Assembly: GCF_021028975.2 (NCBI RefSeq)
Contig: NC_059432.1
Coordinates: 27,466,001-27,530,000, forward strand
Length of the DNA: 64,000 bases
Source of the DNA: Sphaerodactylus townsendi
Taxonomy: Eukaryota
Direction of reading: 5' to 3'
The position numbers and the translations under genes were made by a program. How positions within the stretch are numbered: the first letter of the stretch is position 1; each line of letters begins with the position of its first letter. The notes beneath the pieces are model-generated. The model did no database searches and had not been told where the DNA came from. It saw only the letters and a program-made list of their open reading frames with translations. Of this stretch, positions 25,786 through 37,547 are shown piece by piece.

Positions 25786-26411
25786 ACCTATAGGGATGTG
25801 GGGTCCCCCATATCCCTAGCCACATGCCTTTTGGTTACTTGGGGGGTGCCAGGTGCCTCACCCCTCCCTGCATAACCAAAAGGCATGCGCATCAACCACA
25901 CGCCGCCACCAAGCCCACCCTGCACACAGGCTTTTAGGAAAAGGAATTATCTCTGGGTGCCATTTTCCCCCTGATTTGCCTCTGACTGACTAGAAGACGG
26001 TCTTCTAGGTAAACTGAAAGAGGCTTTAGCAGACTATTTCAGTACTGTGAATTAGAGCTTGCAATCCCACCCACAGGTATGGGTAAATCAATCAGGCAAT
26101 GCCACTACTAAAGTGGTAACATTTCCAAGGCAGAAGGCAGGGCAAAATAATGAACTGGGGACAAAGAAGAGATGGAATATTTTAAACTATGACCTTCAGA
26201 AGATGGTTTTGGCAACGTGGTTTACAACAACTCTGAATCTGAAGAGAGGTCCTGTCTTCAGACAGCATCACTGCCAGTTCCTGCTCTTCAGGAACTAGAT
26301 ATGCTGTCAGTATGTCCTCAAGCTACACCAGTTAGGGAAGTTATAAAAAGTCAATAGAATGACTGAGGAAAAAGCCAAAGTGGGAAGGAGACCATTTTTC
26401 TCAGCTTCTGT

Positions 26412-26765
26412 GTGCATGTGCCCGCAACCCCACGCCCCAAAAAATCCTTAGTGGCATTAGTGCATAATATGTATGTAGATCAACATATCTACAGCATCTG
26501 GGTCCCAGAACAAAATGGCTTCAAAACAACATAAAAGAGCTGAATTTATTATTATTATCATCATCATCATCATCATCATCGTCGTTGTTGTTGTTGTTGT
26601 TGTTATTATTATTATTAAATTTTGCATGCGCAACCCCCACCCCAAAATCCTTAGTGGCATTAGTGCATAATATGTTTGTAAATCAACATATCTACAGCAT
26701 GGGTCCCAGAACAAAATAGCTACAAAACAACATAAAAGAGCTGAATTATTATAATAATAATTATT
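26412..26765. repeat. ~135-bp direct duplication separated by a compound trinucleotide microsatellite
   Basis: 26412-26546 approximates 26624-26748; spacer (ATT)(ATC)(GTC)(GTT)(ATT). Confidence 0.9.
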
Positions 26766-26769
26766 TTTT

Positions 26770-26912
26770 TTGTTCAAAATCACAGCTGCCAGTTCTTCAG
26801 CTGTTTGTTGGCCTTTCATAACAATTTGAGCCTCACCCAGATTTTAAAGGACATTGTATGGCGTGTTGGCATAATGTTCGCAATTCTGAATCCCAACTGG
26901 GCTGCCTTGGTA
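26770..26912 (-). mobile_element. R4/Dong 3' fragment
   Basis: Reverse complement resembles 2805-2930; (ATT)n runs on both sides. Confidence 0.75.
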
Positions 26913-27202
26913 TTATTATTATNNNNNNNNNNNNNNNNNNNNNNNNNNNNNNNNNNNNNNNNNNNNNNNNNNNNNNNNNNNNNNNNNNNNNNNNNNNNNN
27001 NNNNNNNNNNNNNNNNNNNNNNNNNNNNNNNNNNNNNNNNNNNNNNNNNNNNNNNNNNNNNNNNNNNNNNNNNNNNNNNNNNNNNNNNNNTTTTGGGCTC
27101 AAGGTGGTGTACAACAATTATATAAACAATAAGGGCTGGCCTGTCTTTGTGTAAGCAGAGGGAGGAAATGAAGTGGGGAAAGATACTGAAGCCAGTACAT
27201 AC

Positions 27203-27441
27203 TCTGATTCAATAAACCGTGTAGTCGAAATTATCTTCCTGGTAGCATCCACATAGCCATCTTCTCCCAAGAGCATCATAGTTGCCCAGCAAGCTGCAAT
27301 GATGCCACCAGGCCTGGAGCCAGTCATGGTAGGGGAGGCATACATTCCTCCTTGCCAGTCAGTAGCCACAAAAAACTGATAGTATCGGTATTTCTTGTCA
27401 CTGTACAATATCACTGAAGAGCCCTTTGGAGCGAAGCCATA
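27203..27441 (-). CDS. SGPL1: SGPL1 exon 12
   Basis: tcacag|[46 protein letters not shown]...RFIESE|gtatgt; 239 nt. Confidence 0.97.
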
Positions 27442-28703
27442 CTGTGAAGAGGACAGGGGGTTCAAATTGAAATATGAGAAGTTTACACAAAATTTCCAAG
27501 CAAATGCTTTAATGTGCCAGGTAGTCTATTTCAAAATATTGGCCTGAACCCAACCAAATGCTCTTTGTACAGAAAACGTTCCCACATTCTTCTCCGCTGC
27601 TCCTCCAGTCCTTACAGACGCTGGGAAAACGGACTTCCTTCGGACTAAATTATGTTACCCACTTTCCCATCTTCACTGCAGACCCACAATCTATGTGACA
27701 ATGCTTCAAAATAGGTTCTGTGACTCCAGGAATCAGGAGGAAGAAGGGACGGCAGGAGCTGTAGAGAAGAATGGGGGTACACACCGGGTGTCTACTGTGG
27801 ACTAGGCATGAGCACCGATAATAATTACAGATAAATTTTGCATTCAGGTTTTTTTAACCTGGATTTTTTCAGACAAAGTTAAATAAAGCCAATATCCATT
27901 GGCTTTGTTTGACTATTACTGAAAATATTTGGGTTGAAAAAACTTGAACTCAAAATTCTTCAGTTCTCCCCCATCATTTCCGCAAGCCCCTGGGGGGTTG
28001 GAAAACAGTGCGAGGAGATCCCAAGTCCATGTGGGCTTGGAAAAGGGGGGGGGGGGGCAAGTGGAGACTTGAAAAAGGGTGAATCTTACTTGGCTTTTTT
28101 TGGCACCACCAGGTATATTCAGCTTTTTCTAACGTGAATGTCACAGTAGTGGCTCCAGTAATAATTAGTGAAAACCACGAATCACCAGAAACAATCCAGG
28201 AGATAGTTTGGCTTTTCAAATACACCTGGAGTTTTTAATGTGATTTAAGGTACTCAGATCAAGCTTCCAAGCCTACTGTGGACCTTACATTGGATACAAG
28301 CCAAAACAAAAATCTGTCATAATACAAAGCATATAAATTGTTTAATATATCAAGCCTCACATATGTTCCCAGTGCCAAACAATCTAGATGCTACAAATCT
28401 GGTGTTCAATTCATGTCTGTATTTTATCTATGTTTAATTGTGTAGAAATTCTAGTGCAGCCGGCATGCCTGATTTGCATCAAAATGGTAAATATGACATT
28501 CCAATTGGTTTTAATGAAATTTGTTTTCAAGCACAAAACCTCAGGGCTGAAAGAAATGTAAATGTCCTCAACTTCAGACAATGGCTTAAGGAGCTATACA
28601 ATACAAAGTTAGCTTTAGGAATTCTAACACTGCTTTCAGATACACACAAGTACGTCTCATCCAGTTTGGAAAGTGCAATCAAGTCAAGCTTCTTTTCACT
28701 CAC

Positions 28704-28853
28704 TTTGTGGGTATCTGCAGAAATGCTGGTGACCCCATTCACTCGGAAGTCAAACAGATGTTTCACAGGGAATCCTGCCTTCTCCATAAAGGCAATGAGA
28801 AAACCTCCCAGACAGGCATCCACATGGAAGGGAATCTTGTATTTCACTGCCAG
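28704..28853 (-). CDS. SGPL1: SGPL1 exon 11 (ends at the PLP Schiff-base lysine)
   Basis: aatag|[50 protein letters not shown]|gtgagt; 150 nt; HVDAC and DTHK motifs. Confidence 0.97.
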
Positions 28854-29488
28854 CTATTTTTTTAAAAAAAGTAAAAACTAGTTTTAATATCTTAAGCTAA
28901 ACCAAAGCGACACAAAGTAACTTCTTGCTTGAGTCTCAGCCTCAAAGTACCAATTAAATCTCAATCATACACTTGAAAGAGTCCAAATATTTTTCTCCTC
29001 AAAGATCTGAAAATGCACCATTTTAAGCGGCAGACTGCAAGGTTTTGCAACAGACCTGCTGCAAGCTAGCTTTACTGGGGAAAAACCCAATCCAGAAATT
29101 ACAAGTAGGACAAGTAGGACCCAAGAAATCCCCTCAAGTTACATATTCTGCTTGTTTCCCATGTTCCCCAGAAGGCAGCCCTGTCAGTTCTTGTTTCATT
29201 GACTGGACAAAATACCGCACTTACCCCATCTCAACAATAACACTGAATGTTGGTGTTCATGCTTGGCTACCTAAAAGAGTATGCATGAGGAGGAAGCAGC
29301 CTTCTCTATGTATAGGGGAGCAGCCGTGAATTTTTTCAGCACATTTTTATTGTGCTGAAAGAAAAAAGGCCCCGACTTAAGACAAGTACTATACAATGCG
29401 AGTCCAGCTGTATTTTAAAAATATTTTAGGGTTTCTTTACTTTGTCGCTGCCTAAATACCAGGCACAGAGCGTGCTTTGTGGCTAGCA

Positions 29489-30495
29489 CAGGGGTCGGGG
29501 AACCCAGCTGGCTCGAAGCTTGAGCACCATGGCTTCCTGACGCTACTTGCAGTCTTGACTCCCCAAGCGGTGGCTGCTCTTCCTGGGGCCCTCAAGTGTT
29601 AGCTCACGAGGCTTGTCTCCTGCCACTGTTTAGAATCTCTACTTTCGGCTCCTCCCTCCCTCCCTCTCTCCTCTGTGTGCTGGAAGGATCGCTTTTGCCT
29701 CCCCTCCTCCCCTCCCTCCTCTGTGCCGGAAGAACGCGTTTATGCTTGGCCTTTTACTTGTCGAGGAAGAACGCTGGAACCTTTGGCGCTGCGGCTTTAC
29801 TGCACCTTCGGGCCACCCCGTCGCCTGCGTGCCCTCCCATACACCTCTGAGGCATGACTCCCTACACTCTGCCATGGCTATTCATTGTGCAGTCCAGCCT
29901 TCGCCTCTGAGGTGCCCAAGTCAGCCCAGGGCAGCTTCCTAGAGAAGCAGTGCTGCCCTGCTTTCTCACCCACAGTTATCCGAGGGGATGAAGCTGAGAG
30001 TCACCCCGCCTCAGACTTAACCCGAGTAGTCAAGCGGGCAAATCTGAGCCCAGTTATGGCCCCAATGCCATGGCTGCCGCAGCGTGCAGCAGCTGGAAGA
30101 GGGGAGGGGCGACATGTAGGAAACCCGGGGAGAAGCCACTTGAGCGCTTGACAAGGAGCTGCTGCTGCAACTGGATGGCCCGGCAAGGCTTGGCTGAGTG
30201 GCTGGGAGAACAGCTGAGAGAGTAGCTGGAACAGGAACGCCTCTAGGAAGGCAGCAGTGGGGAGGCTTCTTTAAAAGAGATGCAGAGATGGAGCGCAATG
30301 CCCAGGCACTGATGGAGGGAAGGGAGTGGGTGATGTCAGTTGGAGAGAACTGAGAAGGACAGGGACAGTACCGTAGAGTCAAGAAACTAAGGAGACTGTG
30401 GAGAGGAGGAGGGAGAGAAGCAGAGGACAGAGAAGCGGAGGAAGAGAGAGAGCAGAAGTGGAGAGGGCTAGGAGAATGGAGTACCTGAGAGAGAG

Positions 30496-30530
<35 letters not shown>

Positions 30531-31122
30531 AGGAGAGAACTATATGAGCAAGAGAAGCAGAGAAAGGAGAACGGAGGAGACTGAGACGTAAGAGTCTCAG
30601 GGGAAAGAACCACCTCCCTCGCAGAGCCTCCTCCTCCTCCCCTGCCAGGGACTCCTAGACTCTGGGGACAGGGAGGGAGTGCTGGAAAGGCAAGTCATAA
30701 TGACTATATAAGCATGCATCCTTTTAAAAGCACCCTCCCAAAAAAAACCTCTTAGAACGGAACAGAATTAGGCAGCCAATGTCTCAGTTCCTCCCCATCT
30801 CCATTATTATATTCCATATTTATAAAATATATTTATTCTTTGCATGCACTCAGTGCTCAAAACCATAGAGGGAGTATGGGTGTGTATATGGCTGGCTTTC
30901 TGTGTGTGTGCAGCCCGGCATGATGTACGATGAAAGCCCATTAAGCTGCTTTACATAAGCTAACACACTATAATTGGTAAAAAAAACAAATGTATACAGT
31001 GTTATCTTTTCTATTTTAAATGTCAAAAAAGCATTTTAGGGTGGCTCCATGTGTTTTCTTCCTTTCCGTGGAACGCGGGTCCAAAATGGCTCTTTGATAA
31101 GTGTAAAGGTCCCCTACCCCTG
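29489..31122. mobile_element. Probable hAT-Charlie composite element with GA-rich interior
   Basis: Ends CAGGGGTCGGGGAACC / GGTCCCCTACCCCTG; partial TSD GGCTAGCA/GGCTAATG. Confidence 0.5.
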
Positions 31123-31439
31123 GGCTAATGGCAGTAATGTAATTTCCAGGAGTATCACTCAGGTGACACTCCTGATGATAGCAGCGCTAAGCTCTTGGTG
31201 AAGTTTGGTTCTAGGGGTCTTAAAGTTGCATGGACCCTGCTAAAGGGGTGTCCCATCCCCATTGTTTCCAATGGGGCCGAATAGTAGATGGGGGCTACAT
31301 TTTGAGGATCCATAACTTTGGACCCCCCTGAGACCAAACTTCACACTAGAAACTTGGGTAATATCATCAGATGGAAGACCTCCTAAAGATAATCACTCTG
31401 GAAATGTTGAGTACTAAGCTAACATAAACAGTTTTTCAT

Positions 31440-31745
31440 TGTTTTATACCATCCTTTGTTCTTAAGTTGACCCCTCTTTCCGTTCCCTTCTATTTCACAG
31501 AGATAGTTTACTGTTTTTCTTTGAAATAAATATTAAAAAACATTTAACCTACTGATGCCTCAATTAATGTAGTTTTATTGGTATCTATTTTTATTTTTGA
31601 AATTTACCAGTAGCTGCTGCATTTCCCAACCCATGACTGTATACGCATCGCGAGTCAATAAGTTTCCTCCTGCATTTTTTTGTGAAAAATTAGGTGCCTC
31701 ATCGACTTATATCTATGGTCGACTTATGCATGAGTATATCACTGA
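31440..31745. mobile_element. Tc1/mariner-Tigger-like terminal fragment
   Basis: Repeated TCGACTTAT motifs ending GAGTATAT.. Confidence 0.5.
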
Positions 31746-32100
31746 TTATTCCAGTTTTACTGAATCTGTACATCCAAACATTCATTAACACCTCTAATAG
31801 AAAGTCTATCACCAACAGCTTATTTAGTTATTATTTTATTTCATCAGAAAAAAATTATGTTGCCTCTCCAGGAACCTGTCCAAGGCAGGATACAAAACAA
31901 ATAGAAGCAAAACATTAGACAACAGTAATTAAAATTCGGAGGGGGGGGGACCCTTAGCCCAACATAAACCACCTAAGGCCATCGACAGACTCCACTGACA
32001 TTGTATTTAAAATAATAGAAGTTCTCAAGGCTGAAATAGCCAGTGGGCAAATTGATCAGAAGAAGAAAAAGAAGATACCAACAAGATGCAAACAACTCAT

Positions 32101-32223
32101 AGGCCCATTCCACACATGCAGAATAATGCACTTTGCAGCTGTGTGGAACAGCAAAATCCACTTGCAAACAATTGTGAAAGTTGATTGAAAGTGCATTATT
32201 CTGCTAGTGTGTGGAAGGGGCTA
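32101..32223. mobile_element. Harbinger-like MITE
   Basis: TIR GCCCATTCCACACATGCAGAATAATGC; same family as 39330-39470. Confidence 0.65.
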
Positions 32224-33013
32224 TAGCAGTGTTCCAGGGTAAGAGGCTGAAAAGGAAGCCAGTGAAGCCATTGCTTCTTCTGCTGAAGTCTCCTTCAGCC
32301 AGCATCCTCCTAGTCTAAGAGCTAATATCCTGCATTAAGCCTGTTTCTGGCTCAAGCTTCCACAAGCTCCGCTTGCTAGGCTATCCAGGTTGCTCATTAA
32401 AAGATCAACCTCTTATTCAAAAGCCTCCATCATCTAACAATGATCTGCATATTCTCTCTCCGAGAGTGAGAAGGCAGGTACATTACTTAATCATTCAAAC
32501 ACTCTGTCATAGCTGAGGGACATGATTCACCCTCCAACCTGGCCCCACATGCACCAGTCAGCAGCAACATCTGGCAGCAGCACAGAACAATGCCTATCAG
32601 GGCAGGGCAGGCAACTTTGCAAAGCCTTTTGCAGATAGATCTAGGCGGCAGCACCAGAGTTCTGCCCCGAGCACATTTCACCCACCGGCTGGCCCAGGAA
32701 TTCCTGTGCAAAGCATCCCCCCTACTGTCCCCATAATTCCTCTTCTGGCTGGCCTCCCCTACTCACCCCAAAAATTTCCCTCCACTTCCCCTTGATGCTT
32801 CTACCACCCCAGGGAGGCAATAGCACCCACTTTGGGAATCCCTAATCTACAGAAAGTGGAGAAATCTTGCACACTGAATTATGTTCCCTCGCACAGCCAG
32901 CAATGGTAACCCACGTGAATGCAATTTTCTGGACTGCAAAAAATGCATTTATGTTTCCCATTCACCGGAGAGCTACAGCAATTGCGTGTCAAAGTGCTGA
33001 TAAATGCCATTAC

Positions 33014-33112
33014 CTCTGCTACCTCCTCAATTGGGTCTATGATCCCATGAGGAAACTGGGGTGCTGAACAGACTAGCATTGCAGTATTCCTGGAAATGGC
33101 TCTCTTCATAGC
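33014..33112 (-). CDS. SGPL1: SGPL1 exon 10
   Basis: tttcag|[33 protein letters not shown]|gtaatg; 99 nt. Confidence 0.96.
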
Positions 33113-33334
33113 CTGAAAAAAAAAGAACACCACATTAAGAGGGCATGATCAGCTACCCGACCTACCTTACATATCAGCCCTCAGAACTTCAAGAAAACCA
33201 CATAACACAAAGGATATAATTTTAGTTCATTCCCCATTCAGAATAATGCTGTTTATTATTTTAACCCAGGACCAACTATTAGTGGATCAATCCTAAGCAC
33301 AAATAACAGCTGTCTAGAAATACTGGAGTCATAC

Positions 33335-33449
33335 CTTCACATCTACTTTCATATCCTGAATTCAAGGGAATATGTGCGCAACTTCTATCCCTAAAAGAAA
33401 TAAATGAGCAGCCTTGTCAAAAGCCGCATGGGCGCTCACTGGAGCCAAT
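33335..33449 (-). CDS. SGPL1: SGPL1 exon 9 (corrupted as assembled: 115 nt, in-frame TGA)
   Basis: ttccag|LAPVSAHAAFDKAAH...DMKVDVK|gtatga; the middle reads LFLLGIEVAHIFP*IQ. Confidence 0.85.
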
Positions 33450-33739
33450 CTGGAAGAGAAAAAAATGCAACGTACATCAACAAATGAGTGCAGATGATTA
33501 CAATCCATGCTCACATTTCTGCCTTTTCCCTGTTTTACTAGAGGGGGGAAAAAACAGGAAACTGAGGAGAGTCATCCAACAGATTGCTTAAAAAATGATC
33601 TGATCCTCCGTGGCATAAGCAAAAGACAAGGCTAGCCAGCTAACATGTCAAAAAAACAGACAAAGGATGAAAGATGCCAGGTAACAGGCTACAGCTTTGT
33701 TGTCTTGTACAAAATGGCTACACTGACACTACTGTCTTC

Positions 33740-33985
33740 TCATAATGTGACCAAAGTACAAAACTGATTAGAAAAGATAATAACACTACAAAAAGTTGAA
33801 GGCGGCAGGAAAAGAGGAAGACCCAACGTGAGATGGATTGACTCTCTAAAGGAAGTCACAGCCCTCACCTTGCAAGAGATTCCCTGAGACAAGGCCAAGT
33901 TAATGATATGTGACATTGTGGAGGACATTTGATCTATATGGTCACCAATGGGTCAGAAGCAAATCTTGATGAGCGTTTCTTAACA
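33740..33985 (+). mobile_element. RTE (BovB-like) LINE 3' end
   Basis: LEKIITLQKVEGGRKRGRPNVRWIDSLKE, the typical RTE C-terminus. Confidence 0.8.
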
Positions 33986-34659
33986 AGTCCAAAGTTCCAA
34001 AAAACCAAACAATAATGCTGCTGTTGTCACTCCAGCATATTTTTTGTGCCTTTATTTAGTGTGTGTTTTACACCGCACTAATTTTAATGTGAAGATACAA
34101 CTTTCCATTCTTCATATTATACTGCTATGTCATTATAGTCCACGGTTGCAATTTAGAGTTCTAGAAAACCCATTCGACATACTCAGCAAGGAGTATCCTA
34201 CACACACATAACATAGGATATGCAGCTTGTGAAATGAAAGTGAATTTCAAAAATTGTTGAATGCTGGCGCTGCTCTTAGCCACCCAGTGAAAATCTGTGA
34301 AAAATCCTGTAGAAAATGCACAAACCTTTAAGAACGTCTGAAGGAGCTCTCTGAATTTGCTCCTCTACAGTTAATTAGATTTGTTTTGTTCATGTTGTTG
34401 AGAACTACAGGGGACAGACGCAGAGTAAACACTTTGCAATGCAAAAAGTCCCAAGCTGGGCATCTCCAGTTCAACAGCTGTCAGCACAGAGCTTTTTCAA
34501 CTCCTGAAGTGCCACCACTGGGCTACATAGTACTGACCTAGATGGTCTTATTCACATATGGCAGACCACGGAGCAACACAGTCCAAAGTGTCCCACTGAT
34601 CAACCTCATTCCATAACTCAGATGAGCATTTAAAGAAAGATTATGAAAAACAGCCTTTT

Positions 34660-34935
34660 GGATGGCCCAGGCTAGCCTCGTCTAGTCAGATTTCTAAGCA
34701 GGCTCAGCTGTGGTTAGTACTTAGATGGGAGACCACTAAGGAGGTCAGAGGCTTAGTCTCGGGGGGGGGGGGGATGACACACCGGGCGCCCGCCCCTGTG
34801 GGGGTGTGGCAGGGCATTCCAGGGCAGGGGCAGAGGACACACCGGTGCACTGGGCGCTTTTCCCCTTGCTACGCCTCTGGTTGCTCTGTAGAGGCAGGCA
34901 ACAGCAAACCAACTCTGGCCTTGAAAACCCTATGA
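34660..34935 (+). mobile_element. 5S rRNA-derived SINE with a GC-rich insertion at 34746-34879
   Basis: GGTTAGTACTTAGATGGGAGACC (5S internal control region), then AGAGGCAGGCAACAGCAAACC; related copies at 47690-47850 and 63850-64000. Confidence 0.65.
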
Positions 34936-35096
34936 CTGGGGTCTGCAACCTGCGGCTCTCCAGATATCCATGGACTACAGATCCCATCAGCCCCTGCCAG
35001 CATGGCCATTGCCCATGCTGGCAGGTGTTGATGGGAACTGTAGTCCGCGAATCCATGGGCTATCAAGAGGTTGGAGAGACGCCGCGAGGTTGCAGG
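34936..35096. mobile_element. Palindromic hAT MITE (degraded or noisy)
   Basis: Core GGACTACAGATCCCATCAGCCCCTGCCAGCATGGCC and its inverse. Confidence 0.75.
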
Positions 35097-37547
35097 TGAC
35101 CGTCTCTAACAATGGGAACACCAGAAATCAGCTGAAACTTAATGGCAAAAAATAAAATAAAAAGCAACATGCAATTTATGAAATGGTCCAGTTGATGGCA
35201 GTGGTTGAAGCTTCAATTAAGCTGCTTGCGGAGGTACTACTTTTCAAACACACTCTGGCTTGCTGTCTTTCTTGTGAGTCTCTTGCTGTCTTTCTTGTGA
35301 GTCTCTTGCCAAAGCAAAGTGTATTTTACTTAAAGAAAAGATACAATATACTGAAAAACATTAATCAAGAGCAGCATAATCAGAACCTACAACACTGGCT
35401 TAAGCCACAGGGTATTCTGAAGGTTCAATGACAGCATAAAGTAAGAAACAAAATTATGGGGAAAACAGAATCCACAAAAGATACATTTGTAAATCTCACA
35501 CGTAAATTATTAAGTCAGCCTAAAAACGAGCCAAAAGAAGCTTCGTTAGCAGTGAGTAATTAACAACTCATTTGAATGGGGTTTGCACAAAGAGTACAAA
35601 CCAGTCAGATAAAGGATGGCATCAATCAATTTCACTGTTGTATATCTTTGAAGTCTACCTAACCATCGCTTTCCTAGAATAGACACTGGCCACACCCAAG
35701 ACCGGTAACGTAGGCCGAATCCCCACTGAAAATTAAATACAGATACAACCGGGTTTCAAAAGAAACAACACATTTTCATCAAGGTTTCATCCTCCCCACC
35801 ACGGCGTGTGTGTGATGAGGACATCGATGTCTATCACGCTTTCAAACAGTGTAGCAATCCCTACTACCGCGCGATCGAACGTGCAATCTGCTCAGCGGCT
35901 CTTCCTTCCTCATCCTGATTGGCCGTTGTGCTGTGTTGGGGCGGGAACTTTTTTTAAAAAAATTGGCACGAAAATGCGTCCACGTTTCAACAATTTCTGC
36001 TACTTAAAAAGGTGCACTTCCATGCAGGTTCTTAAAAAACATGTGATAAGGGGGAGCGGAAGTGCCAGAACCGGGATGAATCCGTGTTCAGCGGTTCAGC
36101 TGTGGGGAGTTCTTTGTGAAACCTGGATATTTCGTATGAGCATCATGTGATTAATCAGCAGTGGGATTCCACCGTATAACCCACTACTCTATACATGGAT
36201 CATAGGATTTTCTTGTGTCCTTCCCTATTCCTGCAGCCTCTTTCAACCCCCAGAAAGATCATTTCTAGGATGGGCAGGACTAAAACCACAAGGGTAAGAA
36301 GTCAGTCCTCCTTTCTCACCCACAAGCACAGTTCTGCTGGGGAAAAGGGGTGATTTCACATCTTCTTGTCTCTTCTCACTTCAGCCCACTGACCCACACG
36401 GCTGTCCCTTCGCATAGATCCCACGAAGCCATGATCTTTCCAGGGGTTTGTATCAGAGACCAATGCCGGAAAACTGTGCCTTTTTGTACAGGTGGCTGGC
36501 ACACATGCCAGTATAATTCAGAACTTTAAAATAGGGTGCTGGATCTAACAGAATACACACTAGTTCCTATAAGTGCTTTGGAGTCTGATACTCAAAACAG
36601 TAACTATCTACTCCCCATGATAAAGAATTTTTGAAACTTTGAAATTTTTGAAATTTTGAAAGGCAAAAATCCTACTCAGCAGATACAAGTCCCAGAGTGT
36701 AATGAAAGACTCCCTCCCAGATTTAATTAGAGGACCTGCAATAAACACTTTAAAAAGCTCTGTCTGTGCAAAACTGTTTAGCAGCAGAGTTCTCCAGGAT
36801 TTATCTTGTTAAAAAGTGATGAACAACCTTTACTTCTTGATAACACAAAAAAGTAAGGGTTTGGTTCTTTGAATGATTAACTTGTAAACTAAACAGAACA
36901 CCTGTAGGAACTTTTCTCATTTCTTGAGAAAATAAAATATTCTTTTTATTGAGCGACATACAAACAATACAGCCATGAAAAAGTTATCTTTATCAATAAC
37001 TGTGAAGATAAATGCTAAAATTATCAACATTCCTAGCACTGCTTAATTATATTATAGCAAATAATAGTTTTAAAAGTAAATCAGATTTCAAATTGTTGTC
37101 TCACTTCTTTCAGGGATTATCAAAAAGCCCAAGTTATTGCACCTAGTCTTTTTCTGAGACTTTCATCCAGAGAAATCTGATTTGCATGTCACAAGAGTGC
37201 AATTAATAGAAAAATATCAATCTCTAAATTTGCTCTATCATTATCTAGATAACTGATTGGTTCATAACTAAATATTTGATAATCAACATAAGTGCAAATA
37301 GCCCAAACAGTATGTTCATACAAATTGCATCTAATATAGCAAGAACAGAAGGCCAACCTCAGCTCTTTACTATCAATAAGCAACTGCTTTAACTTTTCTG
37401 TAACTATTTCAATTAACTATCCAAGGTGAAAGCAACTTGAAGCCAACAAAGTTCACTGAGAGCTGAAAAGTGCTTACATTCTTGGTTAGCAAGAAAAGAA
37501 TGTACTGCACTCTTTGGAATTCTATCCGTGATCATTAGCATTAGTAT

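Noticed and set aside
30017-30613. 198-aa Ser/Leu-rich ORF
   Set aside because: Product of the GA/TC-rich tract
33362-33364. In-frame TGA as selenocysteine or read-through
   Set aside because: The residues around it are also scrambled by indels; SGPL1 is not a known selenoprotein; I saw no SECIS
34700-34745. Functional 5S rRNA gene
   Set aside because: Partial, diverged and joined to a SINE body
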